This document shows, piece by piece, positions 27,918 through 37,049 of a DNA stretch of 64,000 nucleotides. The notes below the pieces were generated by a model that did no database searches, was not told the origin of the DNA, and saw nothing but the letters and a program-made list of their open reading frames with translations. The DNA is taken from IMG/VR virus record IMGVR_UViG_3300025372_000001; one strand, written 5' to 3'. This stretch comes from a virus. Taxonomy: Duplodnaviria > Caudoviricetes. How positions within the stretch are numbered: position 1 is the stretch's first letter; every line of letters starts with the position of its first letter. The position numbers were made by a program, and so were the translations under genes.

Positions 27918-28253
27918 ATGCCCGAAGTTCAAAAAACATATTGGTGTATTGCTCCTTCTGCCGAAGCGGAAAGCTATGGTGATGATAATCCGCGCAAACC
28001 TTATCAAGTAGTTATAACCAAAAATGATCCAAGTAACATTAGTAAAATGGTGCGGGTTTCTTCCATTTATTATTATGCTGATGGATTGACAATAGACGAA
28101 GATTCTAATGCTTCTGCTTGGGTTAAAAGTAATGAATTATACGAAACAAAAGAAGCAGCACTGATTGCATATAAAAAAGAAATTCAGAATTTTATTGATG
28201 AATTGGAATCCGATATTGCTGGTTGGAGAGAGCATTTGAAAACTCTTGACTAA
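27918..28253 (+). CDS. Hypothetical protein
   Basis: Packed ORF. Confidence 0.6.
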   Translation: MPEVQKTYWCIAPSAEAESYGDDNPRKPYQVVITKNDPSNISKMVRVSSIYYYADGLTIDEDSNASAWVKSNELYETKEAALIAYKKEIQNFIDELESDIAGWREHLKTLD

Positions 28254-28710
28254 TCTTCAAACTCTGTTAAACTCCGATATGACACTAAAAGAACTACTTG
28301 CTAAAGTTGATACAACCAAATTTATTCCTTATGAAAATTCTTTCTGGGATTATAAGAGTCTCGGTTTAGATTTAGGTATTCAAGGTTTCTATGGGGCAGA
28401 GGAAGAAAAACTTAAACTATTTTCTGAATATCCTTTACATACTTGGCAATGTACTGATACAATGGTAGGATGGAATGCCCTTTATCTTGACAAAGAACTA
28501 ATTTGTATTTCTTATCAATCTGCCCGAAAAAGTGATACGAAATATTATTGGGTTTCTCCTGAATTGGCTGAAACAACAAGACAATATCTTTTACAAGCTA
28601 TTCCTAAACAAGAAGATAATCTTTCTTATTTGTCTGAAAGTAAATTAGAATTGGATTTGGCTTCTGATTATCATCCCCGCAATCCATTTGCTAACATAGA
28701 TGTTGACTAA
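28246..28710 (+). CDS. Hypothetical protein
   Basis: Packed ORF; start uncertain. Confidence 0.6.
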   Translation: MTNLQTLLNSDMTLKELLAKVDTTKFIPYENSFWDYKSLGLDLGIQGFYGAEEEKLKLFSEYPLHTWQCTDTMVGWNALYLDKELICISYQSARKSDTKYYWVSPELAETTRQYLLQAIPKQEDNLSYLSESKLELDLASDYHPRNPFANIDVD

Positions 28711-28736
28711 TACTTAAACTCTATTATATTCTTCTT

Positions 28737-28985
28737 ATGAGCGCCGATAATGCTATCTACATTCGGGAACTTCCTAATCACAATTTTGCTGTCAAGTGTA
28801 TTCATTCTTTCTATTGTGAAGAATTGACAGAAGAACAGATTGATGAAAGTTTTCAGAATTTGAAAACTTTTGATACCTTGAATGAAGCATGGGAAGAAGA
28901 GGAACGTATTCAGCAACAATATGCAGAAGATGGAATGTATATCGAATATGGTTCAGAAGTTTTGTTAAGAAAACCCGAACAATAA
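28737..28985 (+). CDS. Acidic hypothetical protein (MSADN.IYI)
   Basis: Own promoter, ATG 6 nt after the -10 box. Confidence 0.65.
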   Translation: MSADNAIYIRELPNHNFAVKCIHSFYCEELTEEQIDESFQNLKTFDTLNEAWEEEERIQQQYAEDGMYIEYGSEVLLRKPEQ

Positions 28986-28991
28986 TAAATT

Positions 28992-29203
28992 ATGTCTATA
29001 CCTCTCTCTGCGGCTTTTTCTTTTTCATTTGGTGTTTAATTCTTACCGTTCGATGTAAATGCTTAAGCACTTATACAATTAGTTCCTGGCTATTGCTACT
29101 AATGGCAGGTTGTATGTTTCATGCTGATTCGATTACTAATCTCAAAAAAGAAGTTAATGAATTAAAGATTCAACTTACAAAACTCTCTCAAAACAAACAA
29201 TAA
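28992..29203 (+). pseudogene. Two-TM plus coiled-coil protein frameshifted in a (CT)4 tract
   Basis: Removing one CT gives MSIPLCGFFFFIWC..., matching the architecture of the next gene. Confidence 0.5.
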
Positions 29204-29217
29204 TAAAACAAACATAT

Positions 29218-29445
29218 ATGACTATTTCATTCCTTTTCGCTATTTTCTTTTTTGGTTGGGCGCTAATTGATCTTGTCGCCGGTGCAGAATTAGATTCTAA
29301 GTGGCTTTCTTTTCTTGTTATGATGCTGATGGGATTTGGTTATATGGATGATATTCGTCATCAAGAAGTAAAAGAAAAAATTGAAACTTTGGAAAAACAA
29401 GTAGAACAATTATCATTAGTGAAACCTGTTGACATTAAGAAATAA
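29218..29445 (+). CDS. Two-TM plus coiled-coil protein
   Basis: Hydrophobic N-terminal half, heptad-rich C-terminus. Confidence 0.65.
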   Translation: MTISFLFAIFFFGWALIDLVAGAELDSKWLSFLVMMLMGFGYMDDIRHQEVKEKIETLEKQVEQLSLVKPVDIKK

Positions 29446-29462
29446 AAGAGTAATATCTTGTT

Positions 29463-29684
29463 ATGAAATACTTCATTCATAAAACCCTTGGGCCTATCAT
29501 TTTCAGTTCAGACTTGGAACATGCTAAAGTAGCAAAAATTCTTGATTGTAAAGAAGATATTGAATCTGCTGGTTGTTTCTTTGCTTTTGTTGAAGGCGGA
29601 AACGTAAGAGATGGTAGCATGACACTAAATCTTCCTAAAGTTATCGAAGATAAGCAGCCTCTTCTTGCAGTCCTTAATTCATAA
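29463..29684 (+). CDS. Hypothetical protein
   Basis: ATG 6 nt after the -10 box. Confidence 0.6.
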   Translation: MKYFIHKTLGPIIFSSDLEHAKVAKILDCKEDIESAGCFFAFVEGGNVRDGSMTLNLPKVIEDKQPLLAVLNS

Positions 29685-29827
29685 AAAATATGTCAACCCC
29701 ATCCACAAGTTTTCTAATGGATGGTAAAAAAAGAAAAAATTCTCTGCTTGCAAAGTCTCGAAAATCGCTTACTATCTCTCATCGCCACAAGGTGAATCTA
29801 ACCAAAATCAAACACACTAACTATTCT

Positions 29828-30163
29828 ATGAAACCTAATAATAAACCCATCGATTTCTCTCCCCGTGTTGCTCATCTTTTGAGCCAAGCTGCAACCCTTG
29901 ACACCGGCACTATTGCACTTGCTGCCAAGGAACTCAAAGCTCAACAGGAAAAAGAAGCACAAGCTCAAGCCTTGCGCATTCTGGAAGCTGCCGATAACAT
30001 TCTCAAGATCAAAGTGGCAGAATTGCAAGAAATTCGTCGCAAGGAAAAGATTGCAAAGGCTGAACTGAAAAAGATTGATTCCGCAGTTGCACAATTCATC
30101 AAAGATGGTAATGTAGATAATCTGAAAAAGGCGGCTGGTCCTTGCTACTATTTCGGCGTGTGA
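29828..30163 (+). CDS. Ala/Lys-rich coiled-coil protein (start reassigned)
   Basis: Helical composition from MKPNN onward. Confidence 0.6.
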   Translation: MKPNNKPIDFSPRVAHLLSQAATLDTGTIALAAKELKAQQEKEAQAQALRILEAADNILKIKVAELQEIRRKEKIAKAELKKIDSAVAQFIKDGNVDNLKKAAGPCYYFGV

Positions 30164-30211
30164 GTTAGGTAAAGGGTAGAGATAAAGCGGAAGTAACTAA
30201 CGCTTTGTTTC

Positions 30212-30263
30212 TAAATAAACCCGAAAGATTATTAACTAAAGAGTAGTTTTTCGGGTTTATTTA
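30212..30263. terminator. Strong hairpin, probable terminator
   Basis: 15-bp perfect inverted repeat TAAATAAACCCGAAA/TTTCGGGTTTATTTA. Confidence 0.7.
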
Positions 30264-30484
30264 AAACAGATTGACTTGAAATCGATGCTGCTTAAATAGA
30301 TCGTTTTAATAAATTACACATGGAATAGAAAAATGGAGTCGTTCCCCATCCTATGCTTTAATGCGAAAGATGGAATTTCTGAAATAACAGGAATTTAAAT
30401 CCCTTAGTGGTAATGGAACAAAAAATCCCTTCATGGGTATTGCGGAAACAAGAGGACGGAAGTAAATCAAATAGAAAAGATAAT

Positions 30485-30549
30485 ACCCCTTGAACATGTG
30501 CCTTTGCCTTCGTGCGAGTACTTTTATATGTTCAAGGGGTTTTTCTTTT
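30485..30549 (+). terminator. Hairpin followed by a U tract
   Basis: 13-bp inverted repeat ACCCCTTGAACAT/ATGTTCAAGGGGT followed by TTTTCTTTT. Confidence 0.65.
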
Positions 30550-30591
30550 ATCCGTGCCTTGACAATAGCTAATAAAATGGTATCATACATC

Positions 30592-30708
30592 ATGAAAGCA
30601 AACCACAAGAAAAAGAAAGTCGTTCTTAACTTTGTCTCTGATGCCGGTTCAACCTTTTTGTTTTCCAATTGTGGAAATAAACAAAAGAAGAAAACGAAAA
30701 AGAAATAA
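30592..30708 (+). CDS. 38-aa Lys-rich peptide
   Basis: ATG 5 nt after TTGACA-16-TATCAT. Confidence 0.5.
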   Translation: MKANHKKKKVVLNFVSDAGSTFLFSNCGNKQKKKTKKK

Positions 30709-31043
30709 TGAATACTTTCCTGTCTTCTTTACTTGCATTTGCAGCATTACACCTTATAATGAAAACCATGCAAGTCTCTTCTAAAACACAATTAGGAATC
30801 ATGTTGATTGTTTCGATTGTAGTTATTTTCTTTTTCTTCTAACCTTAACAGTAAATCATTATATATATGCAACTTGAAAAAATCGGAAGCAAGTATGACA
30901 AAGCACAAAGTAATTTCCTAAATGCTAAAAATGAAAGACGTAGGAAATATTGGCTAAAACAAACTAACAAATATGCCGATCATTATATGCAGCAAAGCAT
31001 TAAAGTTATTTGACAAAAAAGATTTATAACATATAATACCTTT

Positions 31044-31364
31044 ATGCCTGATCTACCTAACTCCTGTTCTCTTCCTCCTTCTAAACATGCTCTTAAACAG
31101 ATTGAAATCAGAGCAAAGATAAAACTGATTACAAAGGAATTCATTGAAACTGTAGTTGCTGCGGAATTACAAAAAACTCAACCTTATCCTGAACTTAATA
31201 TTGCATGTCCTGAAGAAGCACATTTGGATTATAAATATTTTGTGCAATGTTGCAAAGATATTCTATCTCCCAAAGGATACCTTAATATTGCAGAAGCAAA
31301 AATTGGTATGACTGCTCAACGTTCCATTTATTTTTCATGGGAGGAGCATCTAAAATATGTCTAA
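31044..31364 (+). CDS. Hypothetical protein
   Basis: ATG 6 nt after TTGACA(31010)-16-TATAAT. Confidence 0.65.
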   Translation: MPDLPNSCSLPPSKHALKQIEIRAKIKLITKEFIETVVAAELQKTQPYPELNIACPEEAHLDYKYFVQCCKDILSPKGYLNIAEAKIGMTAQRSIYFSWEEHLKYV

Positions 31365-31602
31365 AGGGATTCAAAGAATTAAGAACATTGGTGATATTGT
31401 TCGTTTTAAAGATTGTCCACCTGAGTACAAAAAAACAGGAGTAATTCGTAATTTCTTCAATAATGCAGTTTTAGTTATTGCTACTGAACGTAAAGCCGTA
31501 TCCCCTGGTGTCCATCGTAGTAAAATTGTCGAATTTAAAAGAGGACACGAACTATCCTTCACTGCAAGTTTTGAATTACATAAACCCGTTGTCTTTGATT
31601 AA
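31357..31602 (+). CDS. SH3/KOW-like small protein
   Basis: IGDIVRF...TGVI pattern. Confidence 0.55.
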   Translation: MSKGIQRIKNIGDIVRFKDCPPEYKKTGVIRNFFNNAVLVIATERKAVSPGVHRSKIVEFKRGHELSFTASFELHKPVVFD

Positions 31603-31679
31603 AAAAAGTCAGAATTCTGATCCAGAAAACCCTCTTAGTGCTTGACACATTCTAATTTATAACTTATACTTCCCTTCTT

Positions 31680-31859
31680 ATGAATACCTCAAATACCTAT
31701 CTACGCTTTTTTAATGAAGATGACTCCTATGTTGTCTATGTTCCTGTAGCTAATCTCTGTGATTCTGGCATTCCTATTGATCCTGATACGGGCGATGATC
31801 TTGATAATGATGAATCCATTTATTTTTATCAAAACGGTACTTATCACGAATATTGCTAA
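31680..31859 (+). CDS. 59-aa acidic protein (below cutoff)
   Basis: Own promoter; GIPIDPDTGDDLD motif. Confidence 0.55.
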   Translation: MNTSNTYLRFFNEDDSYVVYVPVANLCDSGIPIDPDTGDDLDNDESIYFYQNGTYHEYC

Positions 31860-31912
31860 TTTTATAATCTTCCTTGACTTCATTCTGATTTAGTTTATAA
31901 TCCTTTCCTTCT

Positions 31913-32634
31913 ATGACTAACGAACATGCGAAAATCTTGGCTAAATTGGAAAAACTTGTTGCTCTTGCTGGTTCAGATAATGAACATGAAGCAAATCTTG
32001 CAATGGAAACTGCCCTGCGTATTGCTGCTGAAAACAATATTGAATTGTCACAAATTAGTCAGCAATCCCGCCCTAAAGCGGAAATGAAAAAAGAAGATGT
32101 CAGCAAAGGTTCTGCCCGTCTTTCTGTCACTCACACTTATGTTTCAAGTATTCTTAAACAGTTTTTTGAAGTTAAAGTGATTACCGGCGGAAACCGTGCA
32201 AGCGGGCGTAAAATCTGGTTTGTCGGTAAACAAGAAAATATCGATTTTGCCAAGTTTCTTTACAATTACCTTGAAATACCTTCTTTAAACTTTGGTATGC
32301 ATATTATGAAAAGAATAAACATGCAAAGAATGCACGGGAAAGCTATTTCCTTGGCTTGTGGCAAGGTCTAACTGCCAAGTTGAACGATGCAAAGGCAAAG
32401 ATTGAACAAGCCCTTCAGGAGCAAATCAGAAGTGGTTATGCCTTGATGCTGGTTGATAACCAGAAACTATTGGAGAATGCCCTTGTCGAATTCTTTCCTA
32501 ATCTGATTAATACTAAAGCAAAATCTATTCAGATTAAAAATTCTCATGCCTTAAATGATGGCATTGCACAAGGTAAAGAGATTAATATTCATGCCGGATT
32601 GAACGGCGGGACTTCTCCATTACAGATTGCATAA
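31913..32634 (+). pseudogene. DUF2786-family protein split by a 1-nt deletion near 32275
   Basis: KILAKLEKL.ALA.SDNEHEA..A...A..+...+NI N-terminus; the -1 frame continues TFFKLW...RESYFLGLWQGL...DG...G..INI. Confidence 0.75.
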
Positions 32635-32675
32635 ACCTTTTGACATAGTTAATAAAACGTTTATACTCATACACT

Positions 32676-32855
32676 ATGATTCTCTTCCTCTCATTCCTGA
32701 TTTTTCTTGTAGTAATTATAATCATTCTTTGCTGGATTGCTTCACAGAATTGTTGCATCTGCTCTAAAAAATATGACAGATTGAACAACATAATACTTGG
32801 TTTATCTTTGTTGGAATTTTTCTTACTTGGTATCCTTTATGGGATAGTTAGTTAA
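32676..32855 (+). CDS. 59-aa two-TM protein (below cutoff)
   Basis: Own promoter at 32640. Confidence 0.5.
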   Translation: MILFLSFLIFLVVIIIILCWIASQNCCICSKKYDRLNNIILGLSLLEFFLLGILYGIVS

Positions 32856-32895
32856 AAAAATTGACATAGTTAATAAAACGCTTATACTCTAAATC

Positions 32896-33438
32896 ATGAA
32901 CCCTACTCCTACCGAACTGAAAGAAATCCTTCGTTTACATGATCTTTTCCTTAAAGGAGATACAGTAAACGGAAAACGTGCTGATCTTAGTTATGCTAAT
33001 CTTCGTTATGCTAATCTTCGTTATGCTAATCTTCGTTCTGCTAATCTTAGTTCTGCTAATCTTAGTTCTGCCAATCTTCGTTCTGCTGATCTTAGTTCTG
33101 CCAATCTTCGTTCTGCTGATCTTAGTTCTGCCAATCTTCGTTCTGCTAATCTTAGTTCTGCCAATCTTCGTTCTGCCAATCTTAGTTATGCTGATCTTAG
33201 TTATGCGGTAGGTATTCAATATGCACAATGCTCTTTCGTGGGTCATGGCGAATGTGGAAGAATGCTTACCTTGATTGAATACAAAGAAAAATTGATTTTC
33301 TTTTGTGGATGTTTTAAAGGTTCTCCAGAAGAACTAAAACAATATATTAAAAAGGGTAAACCAGAATTAGCAGCAAGTCGCAATCTTGCCATGAATTTCT
33401 GCATGGAAGCAATCAAAATGAAATCAAATGCATGTTGA
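32896..33438 (+). CDS. Pentapeptide repeat protein
   Basis: About 15 tandem A(N/D)L(R/S)(S/Y) units; C-terminal CGCFKG...L domain. Confidence 0.92.
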   Translation: MNPTPTELKEILRLHDLFLKGDTVNGKRADLSYANLRYANLRYANLRSANLSSANLSSANLRSADLSSANLRSADLSSANLRSANLSSANLRSANLSYADLSYAVGIQYAQCSFVGHGECGRMLTLIEYKEKLIFFCGCFKGSPEELKQYIKKGKPELAASRNLAMNFCMEAIKMKSNAC

Positions 33439-33471
33439 CATAGTTAATAAAACGCTATACTCTGTGCATAT

Positions 33472-33786
33472 ATGAACACTCCTCCTGTTAAAACTAATCT
33501 GGCTGCTATTTTGCGAGATGCACAGAGTATGAGAGATGTTCTTCTTGAAAAGTTTGGGCAGAATAGGGTAATGAATTATCGTATTTCTAGAAGAAAAATC
33601 CCATTAATTCGTTTTGATTACTTTGAAATCTGCCCCGCCTGTGCAACAGTGACTCTTTGGGATGGCAGCCAAATAGGAAATAATGTAGTCTATAAAAGCA
33701 AAGTATTGAAAGGCGGAAAAAATGCTCGCTGCATTACCAGATGTTCTAAATGTTTCCCTGTTGACAAATCCCCTTTTATCAACTAA
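33472..33786 (+). CDS. Zn-ribbon hypothetical protein
   Basis: CPAC and CSKC pairs. Confidence 0.55.
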   Translation: MNTPPVKTNLAAILRDAQSMRDVLLEKFGQNRVMNYRISRRKIPLIRFDYFEICPACATVTLWDGSQIGNNVVYKSKVLKGGKNARCITRCSKCFPVDKSPFIN

Positions 33787-33861
33787 ACCGCCGAAAAAGG
33801 ATTAGTTGATACCTATTTCAATTTCAATTTGACAAAATAATTTTATAAGGTATAATCCGTT

Positions 33862-34137
33862 ATGAACAAAACAACTTACTTCTTTAATCTTCCCTCTCTC
33901 GGTATCAAAGATAAAGAATTCAATAATCTTCCATTCGGACGGCAAATGGAATATTTCCGAAAGATTGACGAATTTAAACAATCGGCAAAATCTGTTCATA
34001 TCTCCCAAAAAAGACGCTCAACCAGTTCTGCCCTAAAAGAATTCAAAAAGCTTTACCAACCAACGGCTTTCTATTGCAAAAATACAGAAGGCCCGAATTA
34101 TAAAGATGATTCAATTGAAATCTTTTACCTTGAATAA
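33862..34137 (+). CDS. Hypothetical protein
   Basis: ATG 5 nt after TTGACA(33829)-16-TATAAT. Confidence 0.65.
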   Translation: MNKTTYFFNLPSLGIKDKEFNNLPFGRQMEYFRKIDEFKQSAKSVHISQKRRSTSSALKEFKKLYQPTAFYCKNTEGPNYKDDSIEIFYLE

Positions 34138-34192
34138 CATTATTATTTCTGTCTTGACAAAACCCCCTTTCTAACCTATACTCAATAATCCT

Positions 34193-34504
34193 ATGAAACA
34201 AGTCCTTCCTCCGACACAGACTACTACTATCCCTTTTGATGAATTGACAAGAATCAAAAATCCTCTTGTCGGTTTGCTTACTGAGGAAAATAAAAAAATC
34301 ACCTTGATTCCTACCAGTTTTGGTTCAGACACTTACTTTGCCCGTGCTGTTGAAGCATGGGAACAAGGTAACAGTTATGGTCGTTGTCCTGACAGGCAAC
34401 CTAAATCAGTTGAAGAATGGTGCAAATTCTTCATTGAAACAAATAATGCCCAAATCTTTCTCTTCGATAATCCGAAAGAACTCTTTAAATGGCTTAGCGA
34501 ATAA
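34193..34504 (+). CDS. Hypothetical protein
   Basis: Has its own promoter. Confidence 0.65.
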   Translation: MKQVLPPTQTTTIPFDELTRIKNPLVGLLTEENKKITLIPTSFGSDTYFARAVEAWEQGNSYGRCPDRQPKSVEEWCKFFIETNNAQIFLFDNPKELFKWLSE

Positions 34505-34515
34505 ACATCATCATC

Positions 34516-34728
34516 ATGCTCAAATCCCTTAAAGACTTAATCGAGGAATTAAACAAAATTCCTAATCCTGAAAAAGTAGGTATTGCAACGTACGCCGGAG
34601 ATGGTTACTTTGACTTGATGCCTGCCGTTCAAATCAAAGTAAAATCCTTAAAGGAAATTACCCTTAATATGGATGGAGAAAAAAATGATGCCCGAAAACA
34701 GGGCATAGAAAATGTGATTTTGTTTTGA
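34516..34728 (+). CDS. Small protein, paralog of 37865
   Basis: L..LI.EL.KIPNPEKVG+A...GDG.+DL shared. Confidence 0.7.
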   Translation: MLKSLKDLIEELNKIPNPEKVGIATYAGDGYFDLMPAVQIKVKSLKEITLNMDGEKNDARKQGIENVILF

Positions 34729-34758
34729 CAAAATAATTTTATAAAGTATAATCCATCC

Positions 34759-35019
34759 ATGAAACCTAAATTTTACGAAATCAACGGCAAAGGAGCATTT
34801 GATGACACTAATACACATCTAATGCAAAAAGGGGGGAAATTTTTAATGGCTAAACATCAAGAATTATGGTTTTTTGCTACCCAACTAGGAGATGTTATCT
34901 ATGATGATTTTATCATGGCTCATGCAATCTATGATAATGCCGTTAAGAGAGGTTTTTATAAAGAAGTTCCTTGGCCTGTTGAATGGGTGCCTCTTTCAGA
35001 AAATGCATTTCTCCTTTGA
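34759..35019 (+). CDS. Hypothetical protein
   Basis: ATG 6 nt after TATAAT; promoter is nearly identical to that at 33829. Confidence 0.65.
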   Translation: MKPKFYEINGKGAFDDTNTHLMQKGGKFLMAKHQELWFFATQLGDVIYDDFIMAHAIYDNAVKRGFYKEVPWPVEWVPLSENAFLL

Positions 35020-35048
35020 CAAAATCATTAACTAAGGTATAATCCTTT

Positions 35049-35270
35049 ATGTTCATCTCCTACATTGCCCTTGTTGACTTATCCCGTATCAATGTCGAAC
35101 CAGGAATTTTCTCTTTTGAAAAAGAAAACGGAAAACCTTATAAACACGAAGGAAATAAGTACTTCGTAAGAGTCGGAGGCGGCTACCGCTCTTTTCGCCA
35201 CAAAACAGAAGCAAGGAAATACTTTAATGAAGATTATCCATTTCCTCCTTTGACAAATAACCCTTTATAA
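35049..35270 (+). CDS. Hypothetical protein
   Basis: ATG 5 nt after TATAAT. Confidence 0.6.
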   Translation: MFISYIALVDLSRINVEPGIFSFEKENGKPYKHEGNKYFVRVGGGYRSFRHKTEARKYFNEDYPFPPLTNNPL

Positions 35271-35284
35271 GGTAATATAACATC

Positions 35285-35470
35285 ATGAACAAAAATACTC
35301 TCCCTCCTCACATTCCTTCCAATGCAGAAGATGTTACCTCCATTGTTCGTGCTCTCGGTATCAATCGATCTAACTGGTACGTAAGTAATGGAAAAGTATA
35401 TTCCAGCAACCCTGTTTCCCTTTGGAACAACACTGACTGGGAATCATTTAGAACTGCTGATTTCTCTTGA
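35285..35470 (+). CDS. Hypothetical protein
   Basis: ATG 6 nt after the -10 box. Confidence 0.6.
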   Translation: MNKNTLPPHIPSNAEDVTSIVRALGINRSNWYVSNGKVYSSNPVSLWNNTDWESFRTADFS

Positions 35471-35838
35471 TCTAAGCAATATACAGCATTACCAGATTAG
35501 TTTTCTGAATATACTGAATATTTCTTCAATTAAGAAATCATTAGTTTCCCTTCTAATACTATTCTAAAATTATAAAGTCTGCCCCTCTCACAAATTTTCT
35601 AATACTCCCTCTTACCTCAAATCCTTAACATTTCCCCTTATGGATTATTGCACAATTCTCTCATTTATTCTTTATATACTTGTCTTAGGGGCATTATATA
35701 AAAGTCTCAACTAATTCTCTTTATGGAACCAAATTCATTTATCTTAGGAATGGTAGCAGGAATTATCTGTTATTTTCTTATGGATTTATTTCTTAATTCA
35801 TAATTTCATAATACTGGCCATTTTGTTTTTTCTTCATT

Positions 35839-35957
35839 AAGGTTTACACTAGGAGAAAATCGATCATTTTGTCTAGTATTCTCAATAAGCCCTTGTTGTT
35901 GAGAATCGTTAATGCTGTCCGAATAGTGTTTGACAGAGTGTTAAAATGGAGTATAAT
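35839..35957 (+). repeat. Stem-loop promoter cassette, copy 1
   Basis: About 50 bp identical to copy 2 (AAGGTTTACACTAGGAGAAAATCGATCATTTTGTCTAGTATTCTCAATAAG), then similarity continues to TTGACA. Confidence 0.85.
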
Positions 35958-36536
35958 TTAGTATGAAAAAGTTTTTGAAATGGATATTTGGTATTAAGCC
36001 GAAAGTTGAAGTTGATAATGTGCAATTTAGTACTGCATATGATTCATATGATCTGGTAATCAATGGAACGGTTTATAGGTCGGATGATGACGGATCATTT
36101 AGACCATTGAAGAGAAAATAAAGGATTTGACAAACCCTTGAAAATGGAGTATAATGTGATATGAAAAAGAGTTCACCGCCAAAGAAAATGTCAGATAGAG
36201 AACGTGATAGGCGAGTAATTGCTGATTCTAAAGCCATTCAAGGGGTTCATTTTAAACCTAATGAATGGAGTAAAGGAATCTTAGCAGAGATTCAAAAAGA
36301 AAAAGAAGAAATAGTTTGACAAATCTCCGAGATAGGTTAGAATGAATTAAGCAGGGAGAACGATGGGAAATCTCTTTAGAGCTATATCATACAGTGCATC
36401 TATTTAAAATAATAAAAGAAGTCGAAGATCACTTAGAATTATCTGAATCGTTTTCCTTCCCTTGTTAGTTTCAAGGTATCTTTCTCTTCAGTGAGGTATA
36501 ATAACCTATTGCTGGCCTTTGTCAATTTTTATTTTC

Positions 36537-36656
36537 AAGGTTTACACTAGGAGAAAATCGATCATTTTGTCTAGTATTCTCAATAAGTCGCTCTTATTGA
36601 GAATCGGTATATGCTGGCCGAATGTGGGTTGACAAAGGGATGGAATATGTTAAAAT
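36537..36656 (+). repeat. Stem-loop promoter cassette, copy 2
   Basis: Same block; 12-bp inverted repeat ATTCTCAATAAG/CTTATTGAGAAT, then TTGACA(36629)-16-TAAAAT. Confidence 0.85.
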
Positions 36657-36661
36657 GGGGA

Positions 36662-37006
36662 ATGAAATTGGCTAAAAAGATTCCAGAAAGGGTAGTTGGA
36701 TTAGTTTACGGGTCGAAATTTTCGATTAAAGAAAAGCCAAGGTATAATCAATCCGGTTATGTAGTTTATGGCAGGTTGCGCCATAGGAATCCAATTGTTT
36801 TGAATAAATTGGCAAAGTGGCGAGTTAAGGGAGAACGCAATAAATCGCACAGAATGCCCCTAGAACTGATTGGAACTATTAAAAGGTATCCAAGTGGCTT
36901 GTATCAATTTGAACGCTTTAAATCGAGTCTAAATGAGGTTAAAGAGTATGCTAGGGGAAAGGGAGTGACGAAGTTGAAGATGGGAGTGGTTACATTTACT
37001 TTATAA
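36662..37006 (+). CDS. Basic hypothetical protein (start reassigned)
   Basis: ATG 5 nt after the -10 box. Confidence 0.6.
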   Translation: MKLAKKIPERVVGLVYGSKFSIKEKPRYNQSGYVVYGRLRHRNPIVLNKLAKWRVKGERNKSHRMPLELIGTIKRYPSGLYQFERFKSSLNEVKEYARGKGVTKLKMGVVTFTL

Positions 37007-37049
37007 AACAATTTGACAATTCATTAGAAACGATTAAACTGATATTCTT

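Larger units (their letters stand above)
32640..33461 (+). repeat. Three sibling promoters TTGACATAGTTAATAAAACG (32640, 32861, 33435); a relative lies at 26662
   Basis: 20-bp identity upstream of TATACT. Confidence 0.85.

Noticed and set aside
30351-30668. Minus-strand 105-aa ORF
   Set aside because: It crosses a terminator hairpin and a plus-strand promoter and gene, and is on the opposite strand to the region.
31680-31859. Suspected frameshift in a T run
   Set aside because: A recount gives six Ts and an intact 59-aa ORF just below the track cutoff.
32935-33246. Minus-strand and alternate-frame repetitive ORFs (KISRT and ILVL repeats)
   Set aside because: These are frame and strand shadows of the pentapeptide repeat.
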